64,000 bases of DNA from an uncultured Acidobacteriota bacterium. GTDB lineage: Bacteria > Acidobacteriota > Thermoanaerobaculia > Multivoradales > UBA5704. Positions 28,656 through 36,262 of this stretch are shown here, one piece after another. The translations under genes and the position numbers were made by a program. The stretch spans positions 2,008,712-2,072,711 of the forward strand of contig CAVYRF010000001.1 in assembly GCA_963770895.1 (NCBI GenBank), in the 5' to 3' direction. The notes under the pieces are model-generated. The model made no database searches. It was not told where the DNA came from and saw nothing but the letters and a program-made list of their open reading frames with translations. Every line of letters starts with the position of its first letter. Position 1 is the first letter of the stretch.

Positions 28656-30329
28656 ATGCCCAGGCCCGTTCCGTCGCCGCTCGCGATCGCCCTCACCTGG
28701 TTGCGCGAGCGCTCGGCCTGGACCCAGCGGGATCTCGCGTTGGCAGTCGGCGGGAGCTCGGTCAGTATCAGCAAGTACGAGAACGGTCAGCAGACGCTGA
28801 AACGTGAGCGGCTCGACCAGCTGGCAGCCGCCCTGGGCTACGGCCTTGCCGACGTCGATCTAGCGCTTCTCACCGTCACCGCGCTCGACCCCGCCGCCGC
28901 AGCTACGCCCCAGGCCACTCACCCCCAACTGACCAGCCGCCAACACGGGGTCAGGGTTCGGCTCACCAAGTACGAGAGGGGCCAACGGCCGCTGAAGCGT
29001 GAGCGGCTCGATCAGCTGGCAGCCACCCTGGGCCACGACCCTGCCGACGTCGATCTGGCGCTCCTCACCATAGCCGCGCTCGACCCTACCGCCGCGGCCG
29101 CGCCGCAGGCTCCACTGGAACATCCGGGCGCCATTCCCCCCCTGCTGGCCCGCCTCAGCCGCCGGGCCGGGGTCCGCTTTGCCATCGAAGCCGCCACTCT
29201 GGCCCAGTCATGCTGGCAGCCTCAGCTGGCCGCCCGTCGCATCGCCCAGGACCGAGCCCAGGCCGGCGACCTGTGGCAGCAGCTGGCGCGCGTCACCCCC
29301 GCGCAGCGCCGCCTCCTGGTCGAGCGCACCCTGGAGTTCCAAGGCTGGGCGCTCGCCGAGCGCCTGGCCGAGGAGAGCCGGCGTGCTGCGCCCAAGAACG
29401 CCGCTACCGCGCTGGAGCTGGCGCAGCTCGCCGTGGCGGCGGCCCGTCGCGCCGGCGGGTCCGACGCCTGGCTCAGCCGTCTGGAGGGCTACATCCGGGC
29501 GTTCCTGGCCAACGCCCTGCGTGTCCAGGGGAGCCTGTCCAGCGCCGGCGCCGAGTGGCAGACCGTCTGGCGCCTCTGGCACGCCGGCACCGCGGGCGAC
29601 CCCGCCGCCGTGCTACCGGAGTGGCGCCTGCTCGACCTGGAGGCTTCCCTGCGTCGCGATGCGCGCCAGTTTGCCGCCGCCCTGGACCTACTCGATCGCG
29701 CCGCCGCGGCGGCTCCCAGCTCCGCAGCGGGGCGTATCTTGGTGAATCGCGCTTCGACCCTGGAACAGGCGGGCGACCTTCGGGGCGCCGTGGCCACGTT
29801 GCGGCAAGCTGAACCTATCGTTAATGAGACGCGCGAGCCGCGTCTGCAATGGCTGCTTGCGTTCAATTTCAGCGTCAACCTCTGTCATCTCGGTGGCTTC
29901 GCCGAGGCGGCATTGCAGCTGCCCAAGCTGCGGCAGCTCACGCTCAACCTCGGCAATGACTTGGACCTGGTGCGCGTCGTTTGGTTGAGCGGTCGTGTTG
30001 CGGCCGGCATGGGCAGCAGGCAGGATGCATGCGTCGCCTTTGAGGAAGTGCGGGACCAGCTGGCGGCGCGCCGCGATGGCTTCGGCACCGCCATGGTATC
30101 GCTTGAGCTGGCAGTTCTCTACTTGGAAGACGGGCGTCTTGGCGAGGTGCGCCGCCTCGCCATGCAGATGAGCTGGATCCTCGCCGCCGAGGGATTGGAG
30201 CGCGAGGTCCTCGCCGGCCTGCAGCTCTTCTGCGAGGCGGCCCGCCGCGAGGCCGCCACGATCGAGCAAGCGCGCACGGTGCTGTGCCAGCTTGGCCCCG
30301 CACCCCATTTTGGCGCCGGTGCGCTGTGA
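28656..30329 (+). CDS. XRE-family HTH + TPR-like helical-repeat regulator, 557 aa (paralog 1)
   Basis: Cro/C1-type HTH (WTQRDLALAVGGSSVSISKYENG). An in-frame 65-codon partial duplication follows it. The long C-terminus of amphipathic helical repeats is shared with 31011-32528. ATG 28656 was chosen; the track start 28518 lies in low-GC, non-coding-looking sequence. Confidence 0.85.
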   Translation: MPRPVPSPLAIALTWLRERSAWTQRDLALAVGGSSVSISKYENGQQTLKRERLDQLAAALGYGLADVDLALLTVTALDPAAAATPQATHPQLTSRQHGVRVRLTKYERGQRPLKRERLDQLAATLGHDPADVDLALLTIAALDPTAAAAPQAPLEHPGAIPPLLARLSRRAGVRFAIEAATLAQSCWQPQLAARRIAQDRAQAGDLWQQLARVTPAQRRLLVERTLEFQGWALAERLAEESRRAAPKNAATALELAQLAVAAARRAGGSDAWLSRLEGYIRAFLANALRVQGSLSSAGAEWQTVWRLWHAGTAGDPAAVLPEWRLLDLEASLRRDARQFAAALDLLDRAAAAAPSSAAGRILVNRASTLEQAGDLRGAVATLRQAEPIVNETREPRLQWLLAFNFSVNLCHLGGFAEAALQLPKLRQLTLNLGNDLDLVRVVWLSGRVAAGMGSRQDACVAFEEVRDQLAARRDGFGTAMVSLELAVLYLEDGRLGEVRRLAMQMSWILAAEGLEREVLAGLQLFCEAARREAATIEQARTVLCQLGPAPHFGAGAL

Positions 30330-30402
30330 AGCACCCAGCCCGAGCGGCGGAGTTCACGTCTACTCTCACTGCTGACCCGCTGCAACAGGCGATACCGCCC
30401 GT

Positions 30403-30616
30403 TCAGTGCGGCGTAACTACGTTCGTGCAACGCCCATCAGGTGGCGGGCGGCGTGACCGCGTTGATGCAGCGCCCATCTGGATCCGCCGTGCAGGTTGCT
30501 TGCGGCTTAACCACGTTCGTGCAGAGGCCGTTCGGGTCTCCCGTGCAAGTTGCCTGCGGCTTAACCGCGCTCGTGCAGAGGCTGCTCGGGTCCATTCCGC
30601 AGGTGGCCTGCGGCCT
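30403..30616 (-). repeat. 54-bp tandem repeat (3 intact units plus 1 decayed unit) encoding the Cys-loop motif
   Basis: Units at 30455-30616 are in frame. A fourth unit (30403-30454) has an 11-nt deletion, which creates the TGA at 30437; read in the +1 frame it still encodes PDGRCTNVVTPH*. Confidence 0.8.
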
Positions 30617-30862
30617 CACCCGCGAGGGCGAGCGCCGCAGTGGCAGTTGGGCGCTGCTGGAGGGCCGCCCCGCCCACGGCCAAATTGCGCTCAGCCACCG
30701 GCCCAACTGGGCCACGACATCGACACCAGGGCCACCTGGGGAGCCAGGAAAGCTGAGGCCGGCAGCCGAAGTGGCTGCTACGGAGCTGGATACGTTCGTC
30801 CAACCTGCCACAGCAAGGACGGCGGCCGCGACGGCAATGCGACGGGGGATTCTTGGACGCAT
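30437..30862 (-). CDS. Candidate secreted repeat-peptide precursor, 141 aa (three 18-aa Cys-loop repeats)
   Basis: RBS GAAAGGA lies 7 nt before ATG 30862. Signal-like MRPRIPRRIAVAAAVLAVAG. The C-terminal repeats are RPQATCGMDPSSLCTSAV / KPQATCTGDPNGLCTNVV / KPQATCTADPDGRCINAV. Codon-position GC bias is weak and a shadow ORF exists on the + strand, so coding status is uncertain. Confidence 0.45.
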   Translation of the reverse strand: MRPRIPRRIAVAAAVLAVAGWTNVSSSVAATSAAGLSFPGSPGGPGVDVVAQLGRWLSAIWPWAGRPSSSAQLPLRRSPSRVRPQATCGMDPSSLCTSAVKPQATCTGDPNGLCTNVVKPQATCTADPDGRCINAVTPPAT

Positions 30863-31010
30863 AGGGAAGTCCTTTCGTGGGGCGCTGCCGCTCGCGGCCG
30901 GAATTGGCCGGGGGCGGCCCGCGTCCCTGACAATCCGCTGCCGGTACGATTGTCGAGGTTAAAAATATACTTTTTCCGAGTACGGTATTCACGCGGGGAG
31001 GATTGCACGC

Positions 31011-32528
31011 ATGGCATCGCCAGGGCTTGACGACCAAGGGTTGCTTCTCCAGTGGCTGCGCGCAGTCCGGGGCTGGGACCAAAGCCAGCTTGGAGCGGCG
31101 GTCGGCATCTCGCAAGCCTCGATCTCTCGCTACGAGAAAGGAGAGGTGCCAGTACGGCCAGAAGCGCTGGAGCGCATCACCGCCGCCGTAGGACTGCCGG
31201 TCTGGTTCGTGAAGCGCTACTTGGTGCCCGTTTTTCGTGCCACCCGCAGTCTTTCGGCGACCGTGGCGACCAGCCCCTCATCGGGTGCCCACCCCCCGCT
31301 TGCCCAAGACCATAAACCCCTCGACGGGGGCGTCCTGGAGGCGGCTCTACGCGCGATGCTTGACGGGGCGCTGGCCGAGGTCGAGGCGGCGGCCATAGCT
31401 GCGGCAAACCAGAGAAGCACCCCCCGGCCCTTGCCGTCGCCGCGCGACCGCGAGGACGCCGCGCGCGCCTGGGACCGTCTGGCGCCCTGCGCCGCGGCTG
31501 ACCGCCAATGGCTGGTTGAGCGGTGCGCCGAGTTCCACCTGTGGGCGCTGGCCGAGCGGCTCTGTGACGAGAGCGCGCGAGCGGCGCCCCAAGAGGCGGC
31601 AGCAGCCCTCGACCTGGCCCGCCTCGCCCTTACCGTGGCGCAGCGCACCGGCGGTGCTGAGCCCTGGCGCCGGCGCTTGCAAGGTTACGCGCGGGCCTTC
31701 CTGGCCAACGTATTGCGCGTCACCGGTGAGCTGGTGGCGGCCGGAGCTGAATTCGCAAAGGCTTGGGAGCTGTGGCGCTCCAGCGGCGAGGGCGACCCCG
31801 CCGGCCTGCTGGAAGAGTGGCGCCTGCTCGACCTGGAAGCCTCCCTGCGGCGCGACGCCCGGCAATTCCACGACGCGCTCGATCTGTTGGAGCGCGCCGC
31901 GGCCGTAGCGCCGCCGCGCGCCCTTGGCGGCATCCTGCTCAACAAGGCGTCCACCCTGGAGCAGGCAGGCGACCCGGCGGGCGCTCTCGCCGTCCTGCGG
32001 CAGGCCGCGCCGCTGGTCGCGAGCAGCGACGCACCCCGCCTGCACTGGATATTGGACTTCAACCTGTGCGTCAACCTCTGCCATCTCCGCCAATTCGCCG
32101 AGGCCGAGGCACAGCTGCCGCGCCTCCGCCAGCTCGCCCTGGACCTGGGCAACGACCTGGACCTGGTGCGTGTCGTCTGGCTGAGCGGCCGCACGGCCGC
32201 GGGCTCCGGCCGCCGCGCCGAGGCGTGCGCCGCCTTCGAGCAGGTGCGCGGGGAGCTCACGATCAGGAAGGACGCCTTCGGCACCGCCATGGTCTCGCTG
32301 GAGCTGGCGCAGCTCTACCTGGACGAGGGCCGCACCGCCGAAGTGCGCGAGCTCGCCGCGGAAATGGCGTGGGTCCTTGCCGCCAAAGGCCTGGAGCGCG
32401 AAGCGTTGGCCGCCCTGCGCCTGTTCTGCGATGCCGCCCAGCGTGAGGCGGCGACCCTCGATCAGGTGCGGCGGGTGCTGGGCCAGCTGGAGCGCACCGC
32501 CGTCCTGCCGCGTCCCGCCGCTCTCTGA
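31011..32528 (+). CDS. XRE-family HTH + TPR-like helical-repeat regulator, 505 aa (paralog 2)
   Basis: ATG 31011 follows GGGGAGGA. HTH WDQSQLGAAVGISQASISRYEKG. The C-terminal repeats are collinear with paralog 1 (LLDLEASLRRDARQF, GNDLDLVRVVWLSGR, FGTAMVSLELA.LYL). Confidence 0.88.
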   Translation: MASPGLDDQGLLLQWLRAVRGWDQSQLGAAVGISQASISRYEKGEVPVRPEALERITAAVGLPVWFVKRYLVPVFRATRSLSATVATSPSSGAHPPLAQDHKPLDGGVLEAALRAMLDGALAEVEAAAIAAANQRSTPRPLPSPRDREDAARAWDRLAPCAAADRQWLVERCAEFHLWALAERLCDESARAAPQEAAAALDLARLALTVAQRTGGAEPWRRRLQGYARAFLANVLRVTGELVAAGAEFAKAWELWRSSGEGDPAGLLEEWRLLDLEASLRRDARQFHDALDLLERAAAVAPPRALGGILLNKASTLEQAGDPAGALAVLRQAAPLVASSDAPRLHWILDFNLCVNLCHLRQFAEAEAQLPRLRQLALDLGNDLDLVRVVWLSGRTAAGSGRRAEACAAFEQVRGELTIRKDAFGTAMVSLELAQLYLDEGRTAEVRELAAEMAWVLAAKGLEREALAALRLFCDAAQREAATLDQVRRVLGQLERTAVLPRPAAL

Positions 32529-32663
32529 CGGCCGCCGCCGGCCCGTTCTCTCCAGTTACAGGGGAGAGCACGACGGCCGTGGTGCGTGCGAAATCGGCCG
32601 CCCCCGTTCCGCCGGCGGCCCGCTCGCGGGCGATCGCCGGCGGGACGGGGGCAAAGGCTAGGC

Positions 32664-33815
32664 CTAGAAGAGCGGCTTACCGTCCGCGGTTGCGTCCTGC
32701 ACGGGCTTCCAATGCGCAACCGCCAGGGTTTCAACGGGAATCCGCCAAATCCCGTCTGCTGCGAGCCGTCCACCAAGCCAGAGCTGATCCGGCGCCAGCG
32801 CGGCCGACATGGGGCCGGATGAAACCGTCACTCCTTCGAGCAACACCCGCTCCAAAGTGTTCTGCGAAGGGTTGAAGCGGTCCAGGGCCATCCCTTCGGG
32901 GCTGGAAACCACCAGGTAGACATAACCATCCCGGCCGCAGACCAGAGCCCGTACGACCCCACGGGCAATCCCAGCAGGGGATTCGGGTGAGGCGGCGCGG
33001 TTCGCACCTTGCGCTGCGCGGTTCCGCCATTCCCGTTCCTGATCCTGCTTTCCAAGCTTCTGCCACTGCAGGTCACCGCTGCCAACCACGATTTCATGCT
33101 CGGGGGTCTCGGACGAAGAGGAGAGCTTCTGCAAGCGATAGCTGTTCTGCGAAGCGCTCCAGAGCGCCCCACCTTGGCCTGCGCACAGGAGCGTCTCCGT
33201 CTGCGCCCTACCTGCAGCCATCATCTCGAAGGCGCTTGCAGGCTTCTCTTTGAACTGGACAATTGGAGCCGAGACGACGGGCTGCCAGCGTCCATTCGTG
33301 AGAGCGAAAACCCGCGGGACCGTTTTCTTGAAACGATCTGCAGCGTCAGGGGGAGGCCCCAGCGATGTGACGCTGACCAGGGGACCAGAGGCTGAATAGG
33401 CCGCGGAAGAGATGACCCATCGAAGATCGGGAAAGCTCTCTTGCCTGCTGAAATCGCACACCGCCACTTCGCGGGGCGAACTCACGACCCAGGTCTGTCC
33501 TGCCGGATCCTTGGCGGCGGCATAGGCGGGAGCCAGCTGGTGGTCGCAAGCCAGCACACCCAGGCGATGGTCGAAACCTTCATCGGCTCCCAGGCCGAAA
33601 ACTTCAAAGGAATCTCCGCGCAGGAGCCAGGGCCGCCCTTGGACATCCGTGGCAAGAAACTGCGTCGTCTCGGCCTTTTCGAGGGCAGGCGCCGCGACCC
33701 GGAGCACTCGCACCCTGGCATACCCAGAAGCATCCTTTGGGGACTGTGGGAGGGCTGCCGCAGGGAGCACCAAGAATATGAAAAAACTAGCGCTTACGAT
33801 TCGCATACGTGTCAC
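32664..33815 (-). CDS. Secreted hypothetical protein, 383 aa (paralog of 22905-24146)
   Basis: GTG 33815 is preceded by GAGG (an alternative ATG is at 33806). Signal-like MRIVSASFFIFLVLPAAALPQ. The C-terminus LAPDQLWLGGRLAADGIWRIPVE is duplicated at 24157-24308. Confidence 0.82.
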   Translation of the reverse strand: MTRMRIVSASFFIFLVLPAAALPQSPKDASGYARVRVLRVAAPALEKAETTQFLATDVQGRPWLLRGDSFEVFGLGADEGFDHRLGVLACDHQLAPAYAAAKDPAGQTWVVSSPREVAVCDFSRQESFPDLRWVISSAAYSASGPLVSVTSLGPPPDAADRFKKTVPRVFALTNGRWQPVVSAPIVQFKEKPASAFEMMAAGRAQTETLLCAGQGGALWSASQNSYRLQKLSSSSETPEHEIVVGSGDLQWQKLGKQDQEREWRNRAAQGANRAASPESPAGIARGVVRALVCGRDGYVYLVVSSPEGMALDRFNPSQNTLERVLLEGVTVSSGPMSAALAPDQLWLGGRLAADGIWRIPVETLAVAHWKPVQDATADGKPLF

Positions 33816-33930
33816 CTTGCCTCATGCCTATTTTTGGATCTCCTATCGAAAGAGGTGCGGGTAGTCCCTGGGGCCAATGCTGCCGGCGCTATCAGTCACG
33901 AAGCCGTGAAGTCATGGCTTCGCGCCGCAC

Positions 33931-34365
33931 ACCGCGACCCGGCCGCCCGGTTGTTCCCTATATGCAGTGTTGCCGCAAGGCGCAAATTACGGACAGGGGC
34001 GGCTCGCGGCGAGTGGCTGTGTGCTCAGATCGTTGCGCTGGGTGGGCCGCAGGCCGCAATATGTGCTGGGCTGCAGGTTAAGGCGTTCCAGGCGCCCACC
34101 CGATCTCCTTCGAATCTCTTGCCTCGCGCGCACCGCGGCCCCCGTGCGCTTCGCACCCCTGCCGATAGCGCCCGCTCCAGCCATCTGCCGCACCAGGGGA
34201 ATTTGCCCACTCGACCGCGCACTCGCCAAACCCTGAGCCCGCGGTGCGCGCTCGGGCGACAGCCAGCCCTGCGGACATGAACCAGACCGGCTTGCTCCTC
34301 CTCGCGCTACCCCTGCCGCTGGCCCCCCGGCCAGAACTTGACCGCCGGCGCCGATCCGATTGCCG
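33931..34365 (+). repeat. Repeat R, copy E (only uninterrupted full copy: part A + part B)
   Basis: 33931-34070 matches 24301-24436 and 34066-34365 matches 28087-28375. Inverted pair at 34126-34138 / 34239-34251. Confidence 0.9.
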
Positions 34366-34429
34366 CCCGTCGCCGCGTGCGCGCGACGACGGGCGGAATC
34401 ACTCGGCCAACGGCGGCGGCGCCGGCGGC

Positions 34430-36256
34430 TTACTTTTTGGCGTCGGCCAGGATCACGTCGGTGGCTTTTTCCGAGATCATGTAGGTCGGCGTGACGATGA
34501 AGAAGCCGGGGATGCGGGGGAAGACCGAGGCGTCGACGATGCGCAGGTTTTGCGTGCCGATGACGCGGAAGTTGCTGTCGACGACGGCGTTGGGGTCGGT
34601 GGCGGCGCCCATGGGGTTGGTGCACGAGGCGTGGTGGCCCCAGGCGTTGTCCTTGACGAACTGCACGATCTGGTCGTGGGTCGCGACGGCCGGTCCGGGG
34701 ACCGTCTCCTGCTGGATCGCGCCGTTGTGCCGCGAGATCTGGCGCACGAATTCGACGCCGTTGGCGACCGACTCGGCGTCGGTGCCCTGGGTGTCGTTGC
34801 CGTCGTCGAAGTAGCGGAAGTTGATGTCCGGCGGGTCCAGCGGGCTGGCCGAGCGCAGGCGGACGGAGCCGGCGGTGTTGTTGGTGTGGGCCTTGAGGAT
34901 CGCCCAGGTGAGGAAGTTCTTGGTGCGCTCGACTTCCTGCGAATAGCCGGGGAAGTAGCCGTAGAACTTGCCGGGCAGGGCGAAGATGAACAGGTCGGGA
35001 TCGGGGCGCTCCGGCGCCGATTTCTTGATCACCCCCAGGACCGCGCCGCCGGTCGTGTAGACCCCCTTGCCGTTCTGCCAGTCCGTGTAGCAAGGGTCGC
35101 CCGGCTGGTTGGGGAGCGGCGGAGCGAAGGTCGCGCCGGCCAGCACCTTCCAGTCCTGCTTCATCTCGGTGACGACGCCGATTTCGTAGCGGTCCTGCAG
35201 GTTGCTGCCGACTCCCGGCCGGTCCAGCAGGCAGGCGATGCCGAACTGTTCGAGGTGCGCCCGCGGCCCGATGCCGGACAGCATCAGCAGCTGCGGCGAA
35301 TTGAAGGCGCCGCCGGCGAGGATCACTTCCCGCGCGCAGTAGTACTGCACCACGTCGTAGTCGTTGCCGGCCTGCGGGTTGTCGACGGCCTGCGGGTCGG
35401 CTTTGTACAGGTGCTGGCCTTCCCAGCATTCGACGCCGATGGCACGCTTGTCGGCGTCGAAGAGGACCTTGGTCGCCAAGGTGCTCATCTTGATCACCAG
35501 GTTCTGCGGCAGGGCGGCACGCGTGCCGTCGATCAGCTCGCGCGTGCTTTCGCGGCGGCCGCTCAAGGTGGCGGACGGGGCGAAGCAGATGCCCTCGAAC
35601 TGCGGCGTGCGCCAGTCGTTGGGGTCCTGCGGCAGGAGCTGCGGCAGCGGCCCGCTCAGCCCCTCTTTCCACGCCCCCAGGATGGCGCCCAGGATGGTCT
35701 GGATCAGCGCCGGATCGCCGAACACCAGCGACAGCTCGGGGCCGGTGGTGTTCAGCCAGCCGTCCCAACCGTGGCGCGTCGGGTTGGGCTGGCCGGCGCC
35801 GGGATTGGCGACGTAGCCGCACCGTTCCAGGCGCTCGAAGTAGCCGCGCATCTTGTCGGACGACCACGACGCATCGCCGGTCAGCTGGGCGATGTGGTCC
35901 CAATCGCTGTTGTGACCATAGACGGTGATCATCGCGTTGTGCGACGTGCAGCCGCCCAGGGTGCCGGCGCGGGGATAGAAGATGCCGCCCTTGTCGGCGG
36001 CGTACTTGGAGTCGCGTTGCGGATTTTCGCCGTAATGTTTGACGAAGAACTCCCACGACATTTCCGGATCTTCGCTGGCGTAGGAGTTGAACACCGGCAC
36101 CGGGTAGGAGGTGGTGTCGGGCTCCTGGCCGGCCTCGATCAGGCCGACCTTGTAGCCGGCCTTGGCCAGGTTGCAGGCCAGCGGCCCGCCCCCGGCGCCG
36201 GAGCCGACGATGATGTAGTCGAAATCTGGGTGTTGCGGATCGTTCGGCATGCCCAC
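34430..36256 (-). CDS. GMC-family FAD-dependent oxidoreductase, 608 aa
   Basis: N-terminal FAD fold DYIIVGSGAGGGPLACNLAKAGYKVGLIEAG. GMC signatures (GGCTSHNAMI, ILAGGAFNSPQLLMLSGIG). C-terminal HHASCTNPMG active-site region. Confidence 0.93.
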   Translation of the reverse strand: MGMPNDPQHPDFDYIIVGSGAGGGPLACNLAKAGYKVGLIEAGQEPDTTSYPVPVFNSYASEDPEMSWEFFVKHYGENPQRDSKYAADKGGIFYPRAGTLGGCTSHNAMITVYGHNSDWDHIAQLTGDASWSSDKMRGYFERLERCGYVANPGAGQPNPTRHGWDGWLNTTGPELSLVFGDPALIQTILGAILGAWKEGLSGPLPQLLPQDPNDWRTPQFEGICFAPSATLSGRRESTRELIDGTRAALPQNLVIKMSTLATKVLFDADKRAIGVECWEGQHLYKADPQAVDNPQAGNDYDVVQYYCAREVILAGGAFNSPQLLMLSGIGPRAHLEQFGIACLLDRPGVGSNLQDRYEIGVVTEMKQDWKVLAGATFAPPLPNQPGDPCYTDWQNGKGVYTTGGAVLGVIKKSAPERPDPDLFIFALPGKFYGYFPGYSQEVERTKNFLTWAILKAHTNNTAGSVRLRSASPLDPPDINFRYFDDGNDTQGTDAESVANGVEFVRQISRHNGAIQQETVPGPAVATHDQIVQFVKDNAWGHHASCTNPMGAATDPNAVVDSNFRVIGTQNLRIVDASVFPRIPGFFIVTPTYMISEKATDVILADAKK

Positions 36257-36262
36257 GTCCCC

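Noticed and set aside
30441-30962. + strand 173-aa ORF covering the Cys-loop repeat region (repeats read as ..VQVACGLT..)
   Set aside because: It shares its wobble positions with the minus-strand ORF, so GC3 cannot discriminate between them. It has no RBS and no signal peptide, and its composition is Arg/Gly-rich. The minus-strand reading has an RBS, a signal peptide and paired Cys. It is kept only as an alternative.
20489-34043. Diversity-generating retroelement (template/variable repeat) explanation for the 42-nt match between the small-partner gene and R
   Set aside because: No reverse transcriptase lies in the window. The mismatches are not adenine-specific. The match is short and lies at the 5' rather than the 3' end of the gene.
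18682-34222. Minus-strand small ORFs inside R copies (18682-18873, 28022-28279, 34025-34222, 34078-34278)
   Set aside because: Different copies use different frames because of indels, so no minus-strand protein is conserved.
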